Source of the DNA: an uncultured Fibrobacteraceae bacterium
GTDB lineage: Bacteria; Krumholzibacteriota; Krumholzibacteriia; LZORAL124-64-63
NCBI GenBank assembly: GCA_964524645.1
Contig: CAZGEC010000001.1
Span: 179,994-243,993, forward strand
DNA length: 64,000 nt
Reading direction: 5' to 3'
The position numbers were made by a program, and so were the translations under genes. This document shows positions 24,862-33,598 of the stretch, piece by piece. The notes under the pieces are model-generated. The model worked only from the letters and a program-made list of their open reading frames with translations, ran no database searches and had not been told where the DNA came from. Position 1 is the first letter of the stretch; the number at the start of each line of letters is the position of its first letter.

Positions 24862-26229
24862 ATGAGCCGCGACCGGGTCCTCGCCTACCTCGACGCGCAC
24901 CGCGATCGGCACGTGGAACAGCTCTGCGACTGGCTGCGCATCCCCAGCATCAGCGCCCTCACCGCGCGGAAGCGCGACATCGCCAGGGCCGCGGAGTTCG
25001 TGGCCGCCGAGCTGCGTGACCTCGGGCTCGCGGCCGAGTCGATCGACCTGGGCGGCAATCCCCTGATCTACGCCGAATCGGAGATCCGGCTCGACCGCCG
25101 GACGCTGCTCTTCTACGGCCACTACGACGTGCAGCCGGTGGACCCGCTCGACCTGTGGCAGAGTCCCCCCTTCGAGCCGAGGCTCGCGGACGGCGTCCTC
25201 TACGCCCGCGGCGCCAGCGACGACAAGGGGCAGGTCTACGCTCATCTGAAGGCCCTCGAGGCCTACGTGAAGCAGGGCCTGGAGCTGCCCGTCAACGTCA
25301 AGTTCATCATCGAGGGCGAGGAGGAGTGCGGCGGGCACAGCATCTACGAGTACACGGAGAAGAATCCCGAGAGGCTGGCCTGCGATGCCGTGATCATCAG
25401 CGACACCACCCTCTACAACGAGACCACCCCCGGCATCTGCTACAGCCTCAAGGGCATCGCTTTCATGGAGATCCGGGTGAGCGGTCCGGCGGCGGACCTG
25501 CACTCGGGCAGCTACGGCGGGGTGGTCCAGAACCCCGGCAACGCCATCTGCGAGATCGTGGCCGCCCTGAGGGACGCGGATGGTCGCTGCCGGATCCCCG
25601 GTTTCTACGACGACGTCCTGGAGCTGGACGACGCCGAGCGGGCCGCCTTCGCCTCGCTGGGCTACACCGACCAGATCCTGCGGCAGGAGACCGGCGCCCC
25701 GGCCCCCTTCGGCGAGAAGGGCTATACCACTCTCGAGCGTATGTGGGCCCGGCCCACCTGCGACGTCAACGGTCTGGTGAGCGGCTACGGCGGTGAGGGT
25801 GGAAAGACGATCATCCCCGCCACGGCCACGGCCAAGGTGAGCATGCGCCTGGTCCCCGACCAGGTTCCGGAGAAGATCGCCGCCGCCTTCAAGGCCTACG
25901 TCGAGCGGATCGCACCGCCGGGGGTCCGGATCGAGGTGCTCAACCTGCACAAGGCGAACCCGGTGCTGGTCCCCCGAGATTCGGAGATGATGCAGGCCGG
26001 GATGCGCGCCCTCGCGGCGGGCTTCGGGGCCCAACCTGTCTTCATCCGCGAGGGGGGCTCGATCCCCATCGTGGGCACCTTCCAGAGCTGCCTCCGCGCG
26101 CCGGTCCTGCTCCTGGGCTACGGTCTGAGCACCGACAACATCCACTCGCCGAACGAGAAGTTCCATCTGGCCAACTTCTGGAACGGCGCCCGCACGACCG
26201 CGATCCTCCTGGAGGAAGCGGCCAAGTAG
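24862..26229 (+). CDS. M20-family dipeptidase/peptidase (ArgE/DapE/CPG2 superfamily)
   Basis: Start M107 of the track ORF (AGGAGGG 4 nt upstream). Motifs HYDVQP, GASDDKG, EGEEECGG and the dimerisation domain are present. Confidence 0.85.
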   Translation: MSRDRVLAYLDAHRDRHVEQLCDWLRIPSISALTARKRDIARAAEFVAAELRDLGLAAESIDLGGNPLIYAESEIRLDRRTLLFYGHYDVQPVDPLDLWQSPPFEPRLADGVLYARGASDDKGQVYAHLKALEAYVKQGLELPVNVKFIIEGEEECGGHSIYEYTEKNPERLACDAVIISDTTLYNETTPGICYSLKGIAFMEIRVSGPAADLHSGSYGGVVQNPGNAICEIVAALRDADGRCRIPGFYDDVLELDDAERAAFASLGYTDQILRQETGAPAPFGEKGYTTLERMWARPTCDVNGLVSGYGGEGGKTIIPATATAKVSMRLVPDQVPEKIAAAFKAYVERIAPPGVRIEVLNLHKANPVLVPRDSEMMQAGMRALAAGFGAQPVFIREGGSIPIVGTFQSCLRAPVLLLGYGLSTDNIHSPNEKFHLANFWNGARTTAILLEEAAK

Positions 26230-26312
26230 ATCGAACAGGAGCGGGGCCCCGCTCGGCAGGGCCCCGCGTTGACATATCCCGTCGCAGCAGATAGCTTCTA
26301 CCCGCTTCCGGC

Positions 26313-26387
26313 GTCCCCATCGTCTAGTGGTCAGGACACCGCCCTTTCACGGCGGCAACACGGGTTCGACTCCCGTTGGGGACGCCA
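26313..26387 (+). tRNA. tRNA-Glu (anticodon TTC)
   Basis: GTCCCCATCGTCTAGTGGTCAGGACACCGCCCTTTCACGGCGGCAACACGGGTTCGACTCCCGTTGGGGACGCCA. Near-identical architecture to proteobacterial tRNA-Glu, with an encoded CCA. Confidence 0.85.
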
Positions 26388-26439
26388 CGCTGCACCGGCC
26401 TCGCCTGTCAGCCGGGCCCACCGGCCTTCACGAACGGCC

Positions 26440-26850
26440 TCACCTCCGGGCGGCCACATCCGGATCGGGGTGGAACATCCTCGGTGTGAGGGTGTGGTAC
26501 AGGATCACGACGACGACGGGAACCAGGACCAACGAGTAGTACCATTGCGGCGAGCTCCGGACGATCTCCAGCGTGCGGACCTCGTCGCGTCCGAAGCTCA
26601 GCCTCGCCCGGTTCACTCCGGACACGAGGATGGAGTCGGCCGGCGATTCGAGATAGCGGCCGAGGAAGACCCGGCCGTCCCGGAGGGTGATCCTCAACTT
26701 TTCGCCGGCGAGCAGCTGCGGGCCGCATCCTCCGATCTCCTGGCCATGGTCCGCCCCGTCGTCCCGCAGCGGGACGTCCAGGTAGCCAGCGCAGCCCGAC
26801 AAAAAACCGCACAGCGCCAGCAGCCCGACGAGCCTGTGTCGCGTCCTCAT
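26440..26850 (-). CDS. Small lipoprotein with C-terminal TM helix (hypothetical)
   Basis: MRTRHRLVGLLALCGFLSGCAG (lipobox LSGC) with GGAGG 7 nt upstream. Hydrophobic stretch near the C-terminus (YYSLVLVPVVVVILY). Confidence 0.5.
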   Translation of the reverse strand: MRTRHRLVGLLALCGFLSGCAGYLDVPLRDDGADHGQEIGGCGPQLLAGEKLRITLRDGRVFLGRYLESPADSILVSGVNRARLSFGRDEVRTLEIVRSSPQWYYSLVLVPVVVVILYHTLTPRMFHPDPDVAARR

Positions 26851-27345
26851 GGCATGCCTCCGAGACGGGGCGAGATACGGGCGGGGCGGCGCGTGCCGGA
26901 GTGGAAAGGACCTTCATTCTAGTCCCCGCCGTCCGCTCTGTCCATGGGCCATTGCGGCCGGTCGAGGTGAATCCCCTGCTCGCCTGGGGCGTGGCGGCTT
27001 GCCACAATGGGGCAGAAAGCCCCAGATCCTTATCTTGTAAGTTGTTAATTTACAATATATTACACGTGGCACGCTTTCTGCGAGAAGAGGAGCGGATGGA
27101 ACCAGAGGTCCGGGGCGTGAGGCCCCCGGGCAAGAGGAGTCCGGGCAGCAGGGAGTCGCGGTTATGAGGTCCGGTGAGCTCAGCAGGCGACCGGAGAGAA
27201 GCCGGGTTCCCGCTGCCCGCTTCCCCCAGACTCCTCCGCAAAATAACGAGGCGGGCGGCGGCGAGCACGAGGAGCGCCGCCGTCCCGCTCTTCATCATAG
27301 AGGTGGAGCGCTGGCGGGCCGGGCTGGCTCGAGGAGATGACTGTC

Positions 27346-27693
27346 ATGCAGAAGGTGCTGATCGTCGAGGACGAGCCCAACGTCCGACGCCTGTACGAGA
27401 TGGAACTGAAGCGCGAGGGTTTCCGTGTCGAGTCCGTGGCGAGTGGCGAGCAGTGCCTGGCCTGCCTGGATCAGACGGACCCCGACCTGGTCGTGCTGGA
27501 CGTCCTGATGCCGGGCATGGACGGCATCGAGACCCTCCAGCAGCTGCGAACACGCAAAAGGTCGGTGCGCGTCGTCCTGAATACGGCCTGTACCGCCTGT
27601 TCCAGCAACTACCTGGCGTGGGCTGCGGACGAGTTCCTGATCAAGTCGTCCGACACGAGCGAGCTGATCGAGACCGTCAAGCGCCTGGCCTGA
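27346..27693 (+). CDS. Single-domain response regulator (CheY-like receiver)
   Basis: MQKVLIVEDEPNVRRLYE...DLVVLDVLMPGMDG...VVLNTA. Conserved DD/D/T/K receiver residues and no output domain. Start at 27346 is preferred (GAGGAG 9 nt upstream). Confidence 0.8.
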   Translation: MQKVLIVEDEPNVRRLYEMELKREGFRVESVASGEQCLACLDQTDPDLVVLDVLMPGMDGIETLQQLRTRKRSVRVVLNTACTACSSNYLAWAADEFLIKSSDTSELIETVKRLA

Positions 27694-27740
27694 GCGATCC
27701 CTGATCTCGCCCAGCAAAGTGCACCGGGGGTGCCCCTTGG

Positions 27741-30182
27741 TCAATCGGGGGCTCCCGGTGTTCCCTTGCTTCCGGCGGGCTTGGTGAAGGCCTTGACCCG
27801 CTCGGCCAGCTCCCGCAAGCGCTCCTGCACCGCCCGGTTGACGGTGCCCTCGGGCCAGGTGCCGTCGGGCCGCCGTTCCCCGGCTTCTCGGCCGGTCAGA
27901 AGCGCGATGCCCTCGTCGATGGTCTCCACGGAATGGATGTGGAACTTCCCCTGCTTCGCCGCCTCCACGACGTCCTCGCGCAGCATCAGGTGCGGCACGT
28001 TGCTCCGGGGGATGAGCACGCCCTGCCGGCCGGTCAGCCCCCGCGCGCGACAGACGTCGAAGAAACCCTCGATCTTCTCGTTGACGCCACCGATGGCCTG
28101 AACCTGCCCGTGCTGGTTCACCGAGCCGGTGACGGCCAGATCCTGGCGGATCGGCAGGTCCGCCAGGCTGGACAGCAGGGCATACAGCTCGGTGGAGGAC
28201 GCGCTGTCGCCCTCGACCTCCTCGTATAGCTGCTCGAAGGTCAGGCTGGCCGACAGGGCCAGCGGATGCTCCTCCGCGTACTTGCCGCCCAGGTAGCCGG
28301 CCAGGATCAGGGCCCCCTTGTTGTGGATGGGCCCGCCCAGCTCGGTCTCGCGGTCGATGCTCACCACCCCGGCATGCCCGACATGGGTGCGCGCGGTCAC
28401 GCGGGACGGCTTGCCGAAGCTGTAATCGCCCAGGCCGAGCACGGCCAGGCCGTTGACCTGGCCGACGTGTTCCCCCTCGCAGGCGATGAGCAGGGTGCCC
28501 TCGGTGATCAGCTCCTGCAGCCGCTGCTCGATGCGGTTGCTGCGGTAGATCTTCTCCTCGACGGCCTGGGCGACGTCCGCATCCTGCACCAGGTCGTGAC
28601 CGTTCTTGCCGGCCCAGTAGCTGGCCTGGCGGATCAGATCGGCGATGTCCCCGAACTGCGTCGCCAGCTTGCGCTGGTGGGCCGCCATCCGTGCGCTGTG
28701 CTCGATCATCTTGCGCACGCCCGCGGCGTCGAAGTGCCGCAGGTCCTCCTCGCGGCAGATGGAGCCGATGAAGCGGGCGTACTGCTGCAGGGCCTCCTCG
28801 GAGCGATCCATCTGCAGGTCGAAGTCCGCCTTGACCTTGAACAGTTCGTGGAAATCGGGGTCGCGCTGGTAGAGCAGGTAGTAGACCATCGGATCGCCGA
28901 CCACGATGACCTTGATGTCCAGCGGGATCGGTTCGGGATCGAGCGTGCGGGTGGTGATGTAGCCGTAGGCCTCGCCCATGCTCTCGATCTTGATCTCCTT
29001 GTTCCGCAGGGCGCGCTTGAGGGCGTCCCAGGCCAGCGGGCGGGTCAGGATGTCGAAGGCGTTGACCATCAGGAAACCACCGTTGGCCCGGTGCAGGGCG
29101 CCGCACTTGATCATGTGAAAGTTGGTGACCAGGGTCCCGAAGCGTCCCATGTGCTCGATGCGCCCCACCAGGTTGGGGTGGGTGGGATTGGTCTCCTGCA
29201 CCACCGGTGCGCCGCGCATCTCCTGGCAGTCCACCAGCAGGTTGACCCTGTACTGCTCGAAGCTGGGCTCCTGGCCCGCCTGGAACATGGCCGACGCCAG
29301 CTGCTGCTTGTCCGAGAGCTGTTCCATCTCCTTCAGGCGCTTGAAGGCCGGCACGTTTTCCAGCAGATCGCGGCGGGCGTTGTCCAGGTACTCGCCGACG
29401 GCGGGTAGTTCCTCGTAGCGTTCCTTCAGGTCGTCGATGAGATGGTTGATAGCGAAGCCGATGACCTGCCGGTCCAGCGCCTCGGCGCGCTCCTTGCCTT
29501 CCTTCTGCAGCTGCTGCACCCGGCGCATGGTGTCGCGTAGCTCCCCCTGCATGTGCTCCTGGCGCCGTTCGATGTCCTTCTGCTCCTGCTCCGACAGGTC
29601 GCTCATCTGGTCCGGGGTGACGATGTCGCCGCCCTTGATGGGGGCGATGATCAAGCCCTGGGGCGTCTGGAGCAACCGCACGCCGGTTTCATCGGCCTTC
29701 TTCTCCAGCTCCTCGAACATCTCCCTGCGGCGGCGCTGCAGTTCGCTCTCGATGCGCTCCTGCTCCTGGGTGTACTGCTTGCCCTCGAAGGCCTGCGGCA
29801 CCTCCTTGCGCAGCTCCTCCACCAGACGGTTCATGTCGTCGCGGAAGCGGCGCCCCTGGCCGGCGGGCAGGCACAGGGCCCGCGGCTTGTCCGGATCCTC
29901 GAAGTTGTTGACGTAGAGCCAATCGTCGGGGACCGGCTGGTCGGCGGCCTTGCGCTCGAGGAACTTGCGGATGATGGAGGCCTTGCCGGTTCCCGCGGGA
30001 CCGAGGGCGAACATGTGATAGCCCGGGCTCTCCATGTCCATCCCGAACTCCACCGCTCGCATGGCTCGCGCCTGGCCGATCACGTCTTCCAGCGGGGCAA
30101 GGTCGGCGGTGCTGGCGAAATCGAAGCAATCGGGCGAACAGAGCAGTCTCATGCGCTCGGGGGATACTTCCTCGCTGGCCAT
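27741..30182 (-). CDS. Lon-like ATP-dependent protease (AAA+ ATPase fused to Lon S16 proteolytic domain; LonC/YcbZ-like)
   Basis: 813 aa. Walker A GPAGTGKAS near the N-terminus, a long coiled/alpha region, and a C-terminal Lon protease domain (...TGSVNQHGQVQAIGGVNEKIEGFFDVCRARGLTGRQGVLIP, catalytic Ser-Lys pattern). GGAGGAG RBS upstream. Confidence 0.8.
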   Translation of the reverse strand: MASEEVSPERMRLLCSPDCFDFASTADLAPLEDVIGQARAMRAVEFGMDMESPGYHMFALGPAGTGKASIIRKFLERKAADQPVPDDWLYVNNFEDPDKPRALCLPAGQGRRFRDDMNRLVEELRKEVPQAFEGKQYTQEQERIESELQRRRREMFEELEKKADETGVRLLQTPQGLIIAPIKGGDIVTPDQMSDLSEQEQKDIERRQEHMQGELRDTMRRVQQLQKEGKERAEALDRQVIGFAINHLIDDLKERYEELPAVGEYLDNARRDLLENVPAFKRLKEMEQLSDKQQLASAMFQAGQEPSFEQYRVNLLVDCQEMRGAPVVQETNPTHPNLVGRIEHMGRFGTLVTNFHMIKCGALHRANGGFLMVNAFDILTRPLAWDALKRALRNKEIKIESMGEAYGYITTRTLDPEPIPLDIKVIVVGDPMVYYLLYQRDPDFHELFKVKADFDLQMDRSEEALQQYARFIGSICREEDLRHFDAAGVRKMIEHSARMAAHQRKLATQFGDIADLIRQASYWAGKNGHDLVQDADVAQAVEEKIYRSNRIEQRLQELITEGTLLIACEGEHVGQVNGLAVLGLGDYSFGKPSRVTARTHVGHAGVVSIDRETELGGPIHNKGALILAGYLGGKYAEEHPLALSASLTFEQLYEEVEGDSASSTELYALLSSLADLPIRQDLAVTGSVNQHGQVQAIGGVNEKIEGFFDVCRARGLTGRQGVLIPRSNVPHLMLREDVVEAAKQGKFHIHSVETIDEGIALLTGREAGERRPDGTWPEGTVNRAVQERLRELAERVKAFTKPAGSKGTPGAPD

Positions 30183-30307
30183 GCTCTCCTCCTGGAATGC
30201 GGTGCGCGAGCCCGCGACCCTGCAGGTTCCGGCGACCGCGGCCCCGGTCGTCGTCAGGGGAGAACGTAAGCACAGCTGCCCCGGGTCGCATCCGGAACCG
30301 CGGATCT

Positions 30308-30670
30308 TCAGGCGGCCGGATCGGGGTCGGCCGGGGCCGCCCGCCGGGCTCGCCGACCGCGGAGAACGGACAGCACACCCAGCGTCAGCACGAGGCCGCC
30401 GGCCGCCGGGATCTTGTAGCCCACGGGCACGACCACGATGCAGAGGAGCACACCACCGGAGCGGGGTCGGAAGAGCGCATAGACGATCAGGATCCCGGCC
30501 AGGCAGATCAGCACACAGATGCCGGTGTTCTGGGCCAGATAAGCAGGGGGAACGTCCGGGTGAACGAGATTGGCGATTCCCAGGAGCAGCAGGAGCGCGG
30601 CGACCACGGCCCCCAGGACGATGGTCAGAACCGTCAGCAGATCAGGACGACGCAGGTACGGTAAGCGCAT
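30308..30670 (-). CDS. Small multi-pass membrane protein (hypothetical; partner of the XRE regulator)
   Basis: 120 aa with 3-4 hydrophobic helices. Immediately downstream of the XRE HTH gene on the same strand. Confidence 0.5.
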   Translation of the reverse strand: MRLPYLRRPDLLTVLTIVLGAVVAALLLLLGIANLVHPDVPPAYLAQNTGICVLICLAGILIVYALFRPRSGGVLLCIVVVPVGYKIPAAGGLVLTLGVLSVLRGRRARRAAPADPDPAA

Positions 30671-30779
30671 GTCGGACCTCCGGTATCATGATTCGTCCGA
30701 GCCCCGCCGGGGCCCGCATGTTCCCTGAAGGCGGAACTCTGTCCCTATGCGATATTTCATGGAGGGCCGGAGCGGGACT

Positions 30780-31010
30780 TCAGCCATCGTGCCCGCCTTC
30801 CTCGAGCTCGAAGAGACCCTCGACGGGAACTCCGAGCGTGCAGGACAGGCGCAGGGCCAGGCCGACGCTGGGGCTGTACTTCCCCTTCTCGATGGACAGG
30901 ATCGTCTGGCGGGTGACGCCCACCCGATCGGCCAGCTCCTGCTGGGTCATGCCATCCCCCAGCAGGCGGTACCGCCGCAGGTGACTGCGGATGTCATGGC
31001 GGGTTTTCAT
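30780..31010 (-). CDS. XRE-family (Cro/C1-type) helix-turn-helix transcriptional regulator
   Basis: 76 aa, LGDGMTQQELADRVGVTRQTILSIEKGKYSPSVGLALRLSCTLGVPVEGLFELEE is a canonical HTH_XRE. Confidence 0.8.
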   Translation of the reverse strand: MKTRHDIRSHLRRYRLLGDGMTQQELADRVGVTRQTILSIEKGKYSPSVGLALRLSCTLGVPVEGLFELEEGGHDG

Positions 31011-31405
31011 GGACCCAATGTACAGTTAGATATACATAATGTCAATCTTATTTTACACAGCCCGTGGCCCCGGCGAAGGCACGGAAGTGCAGGATCGCGC
31101 CGCTCCCCTGGAAACCCGAGGCTCGCCCGCAAAAGCCAAAGATGCAGGTCACGCCCTCGGCTCCCCGCTTCCTGCTCTCGGCTGCCAGCCAGGACAGGAC
31201 CTCGGGCGGGTAGGCCGGGGCTCCGGTCGCATCGCTGCAGGTATCCCCCCAGCGCGACCGCGGACAGAAGCTGGTAGTCGGTCCCCCGGGCCGTCACCAC
31301 CGCCCCGGCCGGGGCCGGCTCCCGCACCACCACCACCGTGCGCTCCTCCCGCAGTAGCGCCAGAGCCGTCATGAGCAGCAGGCAGAGCGAGATGAGCAGC
31401 CGCAT
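31007..31405 (-). CDS. Hypothetical small secreted protein (uncertain)
   Basis: ORF with signal-peptide-like N-terminus MRLLISLCLLLMTALALL. The rest is low-complexity and could be a non-coding spacer. Confidence 0.25.
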   Translation of the reverse strand: MRLLISLCLLLMTALALLREERTVVVVREPAPAGAVVTARGTDYQLLSAVALGGYLQRCDRSPGLPARGPVLAGSREQEAGSRGRDLHLWLLRASLGFPGERRDPALPCLRRGHGLCKIRLTLCISNCTLGP

Positions 31406-31442
31406 GGCGTCTTCTCCCGCTCCCGCACCTCCGCGCGGGAAG

Positions 31443-32561
31443 CTAGGCCACGTCGTCTCCGGCCGGCGGCAGCGCGGCGGCGCCGCCGTCCTTGCCGAAG
31501 GCCGTCAGACCGCCCAGAGCGCCCAGCCCCATGGTCTCGACGGCCGTCGACGGCACGATGATCATGGAGCCCTTCTGGCGCAGCCCCTCGTAGACCATGT
31601 TCATGGCTCGCAGGTGCAGAGCCACGGGATTGTCCCGGTAGTGAAGCGATGCCGTCGCGAACTTCTCGGCGATCTCGGTTTCGGCCGTGCCGAGGATGAT
31701 CCGGCTCTGGCGCTCGCGCTCGGCCTGGGCCTGGCGGGACATGGCGTCCTCGAGTCCCTTGGGGATTATGATGTCGCGGATCTCCACCGCCTGGGTCGTG
31801 ATCCCCCAGGCCGACATCTTCTCCTCCAGCACGGTCTGGATCTCGTGCCCCAGCCGCTCGCGCTCGGAGAGCAGCATCGCCAGGTTGTTCTTGCCGATGG
31901 CGTTCCGCAGCGCCGTCTGGGCAGAGAGCGTGACCGCTTCCTCGAACTGCTCCACCTCCAGCACGGCCTTCTGGGCATCCCACACCATCCAGAAGGCGAT
32001 CGCATCCACGTTCACGGGCACCGTATCCGCGGTCAGCGTGGTCTCGGCGCTGAAATCGGTGACCCGGATCCGCTGATCCACGAACTGCGCCACCTTGTCG
32101 ACGACGGGCAGGACCAAGAAGAGGCCGGATTTGCGGAGGCCGCGGAACCTGCCGAAGCGCAGCAGAACCGCCCGCTCCCACTGGTAGGCGATCTGAATCG
32201 CGGGGGCGATCAGCAACGCGATCAGAACGGTCGCCAGGAACACCTCGCTCTGCGGTCGCAGCTCCAGGTAGCCGATCAGGCAGGCGGCCGTCCCCAGGAT
32301 GACGACGGCCTCCCAGACCTGGCTCAGGCGAAAGAGCCAGGCGAGGAAGACCGCTGAACCCAGGAACAGCAGGACCGCCGCCAGGGAGAACGAGTGCTGG
32401 CTCAGGTGCACCACGAGGCCGCCCACGAAGATCCCCACCAGCAGCAACACGTTCAAGGGCGCGAACCTGAAGTCCGCCCGCAGGGTGGTGGCGAACTTCT
32501 CCAGGGAGATCTCTCGCAGGGCCTTGCCGAGGCCGGTTGCGGACTTTCCGGAACTCATCAC
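31443..32561 (-). CDS. SPFH/band-7 (stomatin/prohibitin-like) domain membrane protein
   Basis: 372 aa with two N-terminal TM helices then an SPFH domain (LRFGRFRGLRKSGLFLVLPVVDKV...TADTVPVNVDAIAFWMV) and a coiled-coil region. AAGGAGAG RBS. Confidence 0.8.
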   Translation of the reverse strand: MMSSGKSATGLGKALREISLEKFATTLRADFRFAPLNVLLLVGIFVGGLVVHLSQHSFSLAAVLLFLGSAVFLAWLFRLSQVWEAVVILGTAACLIGYLELRPQSEVFLATVLIALLIAPAIQIAYQWERAVLLRFGRFRGLRKSGLFLVLPVVDKVAQFVDQRIRVTDFSAETTLTADTVPVNVDAIAFWMVWDAQKAVLEVEQFEEAVTLSAQTALRNAIGKNNLAMLLSERERLGHEIQTVLEEKMSAWGITTQAVEIRDIIIPKGLEDAMSRQAQAERERQSRIILGTAETEIAEKFATASLHYRDNPVALHLRAMNMVYEGLRQKGSMIIVPSTAVETMGLGALGGLTAFGKDGGAAALPPAGDDVA

Positions 32562-32932
32562 GCACTCTCCTTTCGCTGCCGCAGCCCCTCCAGCACGTCA
32601 TCGAGGGAGAACCCGTAGGACGAGGCGCGGGCCAGCAGGTCGGTCAGGATCTGGTCCAGCATCCGCTGCCGCTCGATCCGGTCGATCGTGGGCGGCTGGT
32701 GGCTGAGGAAGGTGCCCGTCCCCTGCTGGGTCTCGAGCACGCCCTCGATCTCCAGCTCCCGGTAGGCACGGACGACCGTGTTGGGATTGACGGAGAGATC
32801 CACGGCGAGCTGGCGGACCGTCGGCAGCCGGTCGCCGGGATCCAGGTCGCCCCGGGCCATGGCGAACTTGATCTGCTCGATGATCTGCCGGTAGAAGGGC
32901 ACGCCGCTCTTCAGGTCGAGGCGTATCTCCAT
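32558..32932 (-). CDS. GntR-family transcriptional regulator, YtrA-like short subfamily
   Basis: 124 aa, winged HTH (GDRLPTVRQLAVDLSVNPNTVVRAYRELEIEGVLETQQGTGTFL) plus a short C-terminal dimerisation helix. 4-nt overlap with the SPFH gene. Confidence 0.85.
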   Translation of the reverse strand: MEIRLDLKSGVPFYRQIIEQIKFAMARGDLDPGDRLPTVRQLAVDLSVNPNTVVRAYRELEIEGVLETQQGTGTFLSHQPPTIDRIERQRMLDQILTDLLARASSYGFSLDDVLEGLRQRKESA

Positions 32933-32962
32933 GGTCCTTGTCCCTCGGTGATTTAATAATAT

Positions 32963-32986
32963 AGTGTACTATTACTATAGTACACT
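32963..32986. promoter_or_regulatory. Perfect inverted repeat AGTGTACTAT-tact-ATAGTACACT; putative GntR operator in an AT-rich promoter island
   Basis: 10-bp arms with a 4-bp spacer, 31 bp upstream of the GntR start codon. It contains the GT-N-AC core typical of GntR-family operators. The surrounding 60 bp are about 25 % GC in a 68 % GC genome. Confidence 0.55.
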
Positions 32987-33136
32987 GTTGCAATGGTTCT
33001 GTCAAGCCGTTTTTGCGGCCGGCGAAATCTCGCCGTGGGTCCAGAATGGCCGTCAGAGGCCGGCCAGGAAGGCCCAGGCCAGGGTGAGGCCCAGGATCTC
33101 AGGCGGCACGAGGGATAACCCTCGGGACTGGTGGTC

Positions 33137-33598
33137 TCAGTCCCGGGTTGCCCGCAGCCAGGCCAGCAGGCCACAGCCCCGGTCGTCCGGCTCCGGCGCG
33201 TAGATCCGCTTCCCGAGGTGCTCGGCCAGCTCAGCTTCGCGGCCGGCGGACTTGAAGTAGAAGGCCGCCATGTCGTCGGCATACCACCAGTCGCCGTCTC
33301 GCTCGATCTCCTCGGCCCGCCGGTCGGGATCCCGGACCAGGTCCACGTGTTCACGGAACCACGTCTCGTCCTGGAACGCGCCTTCGCAGAGTTTGAAGAC
33401 GGTTCCCCGGCCGTCCGGCGCCTGGCCCTGCTTCTCCAGCAGGCGCACGGTCTTGACGGCACCGCCGATGCAGACGAGGCGCGTGAACCCGCAGCGGCGG
33501 ATCGTGCGTTCGAGCGTGCCCTCGGCCAGCGCCGGTTTCACGCAGCCTGTCTCCGCACCCAGCACGGTGCCGTCGATGTCGAAGTAGAGGATCTTCAT
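33137..33598 (-). CDS. HAD-superfamily hydrolase-like small protein
   Basis: Start M35 of the track ORF. MKILYFDIDGTVLG contains the HAD motif I DxDGT. 153 aa. Start overlaps the upstream gene's stop (ATGA). Confidence 0.55.
   Translation of the reverse strand: MKILYFDIDGTVLGAETGCVKPALAEGTLERTIRRCGFTRLVCIGGAVKTVRLLEKQGQAPDGRGTVFKLCEGAFQDETWFREHVDLVRDPDRRAEEIERDGDWWYADDMAAFYFKSAGREAELAEHLGKRIYAPEPDDRGCGLLAWLRATRD

Noticed and set aside
27741-30182. BREX BrxL (Lon-like) defence protease
   Set aside because: No brxA/B/C/pglX/pglZ or other defence genes nearby. Architecture is also compatible with housekeeping Lon-like LonC/YcbZ. Kept as a generic Lon-like protease.
31007-31405. 132-aa ORF with signal-peptide-like N-terminus as a confident gene
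   Set aside because: Beyond the first ~20 residues the translation is low-complexity (Arg/Gly/Pro-rich) and overlaps equally long ORFs in other frames. Retained only as a low-confidence feature.
33121-33147. Hairpin CGGGACT-N9-AGTCCCG overlapping the HAD-like gene stop, as a terminator
   Set aside because: No U-tract on either strand, and it overlaps coding sequence. Probably incidental GC-rich secondary structure.
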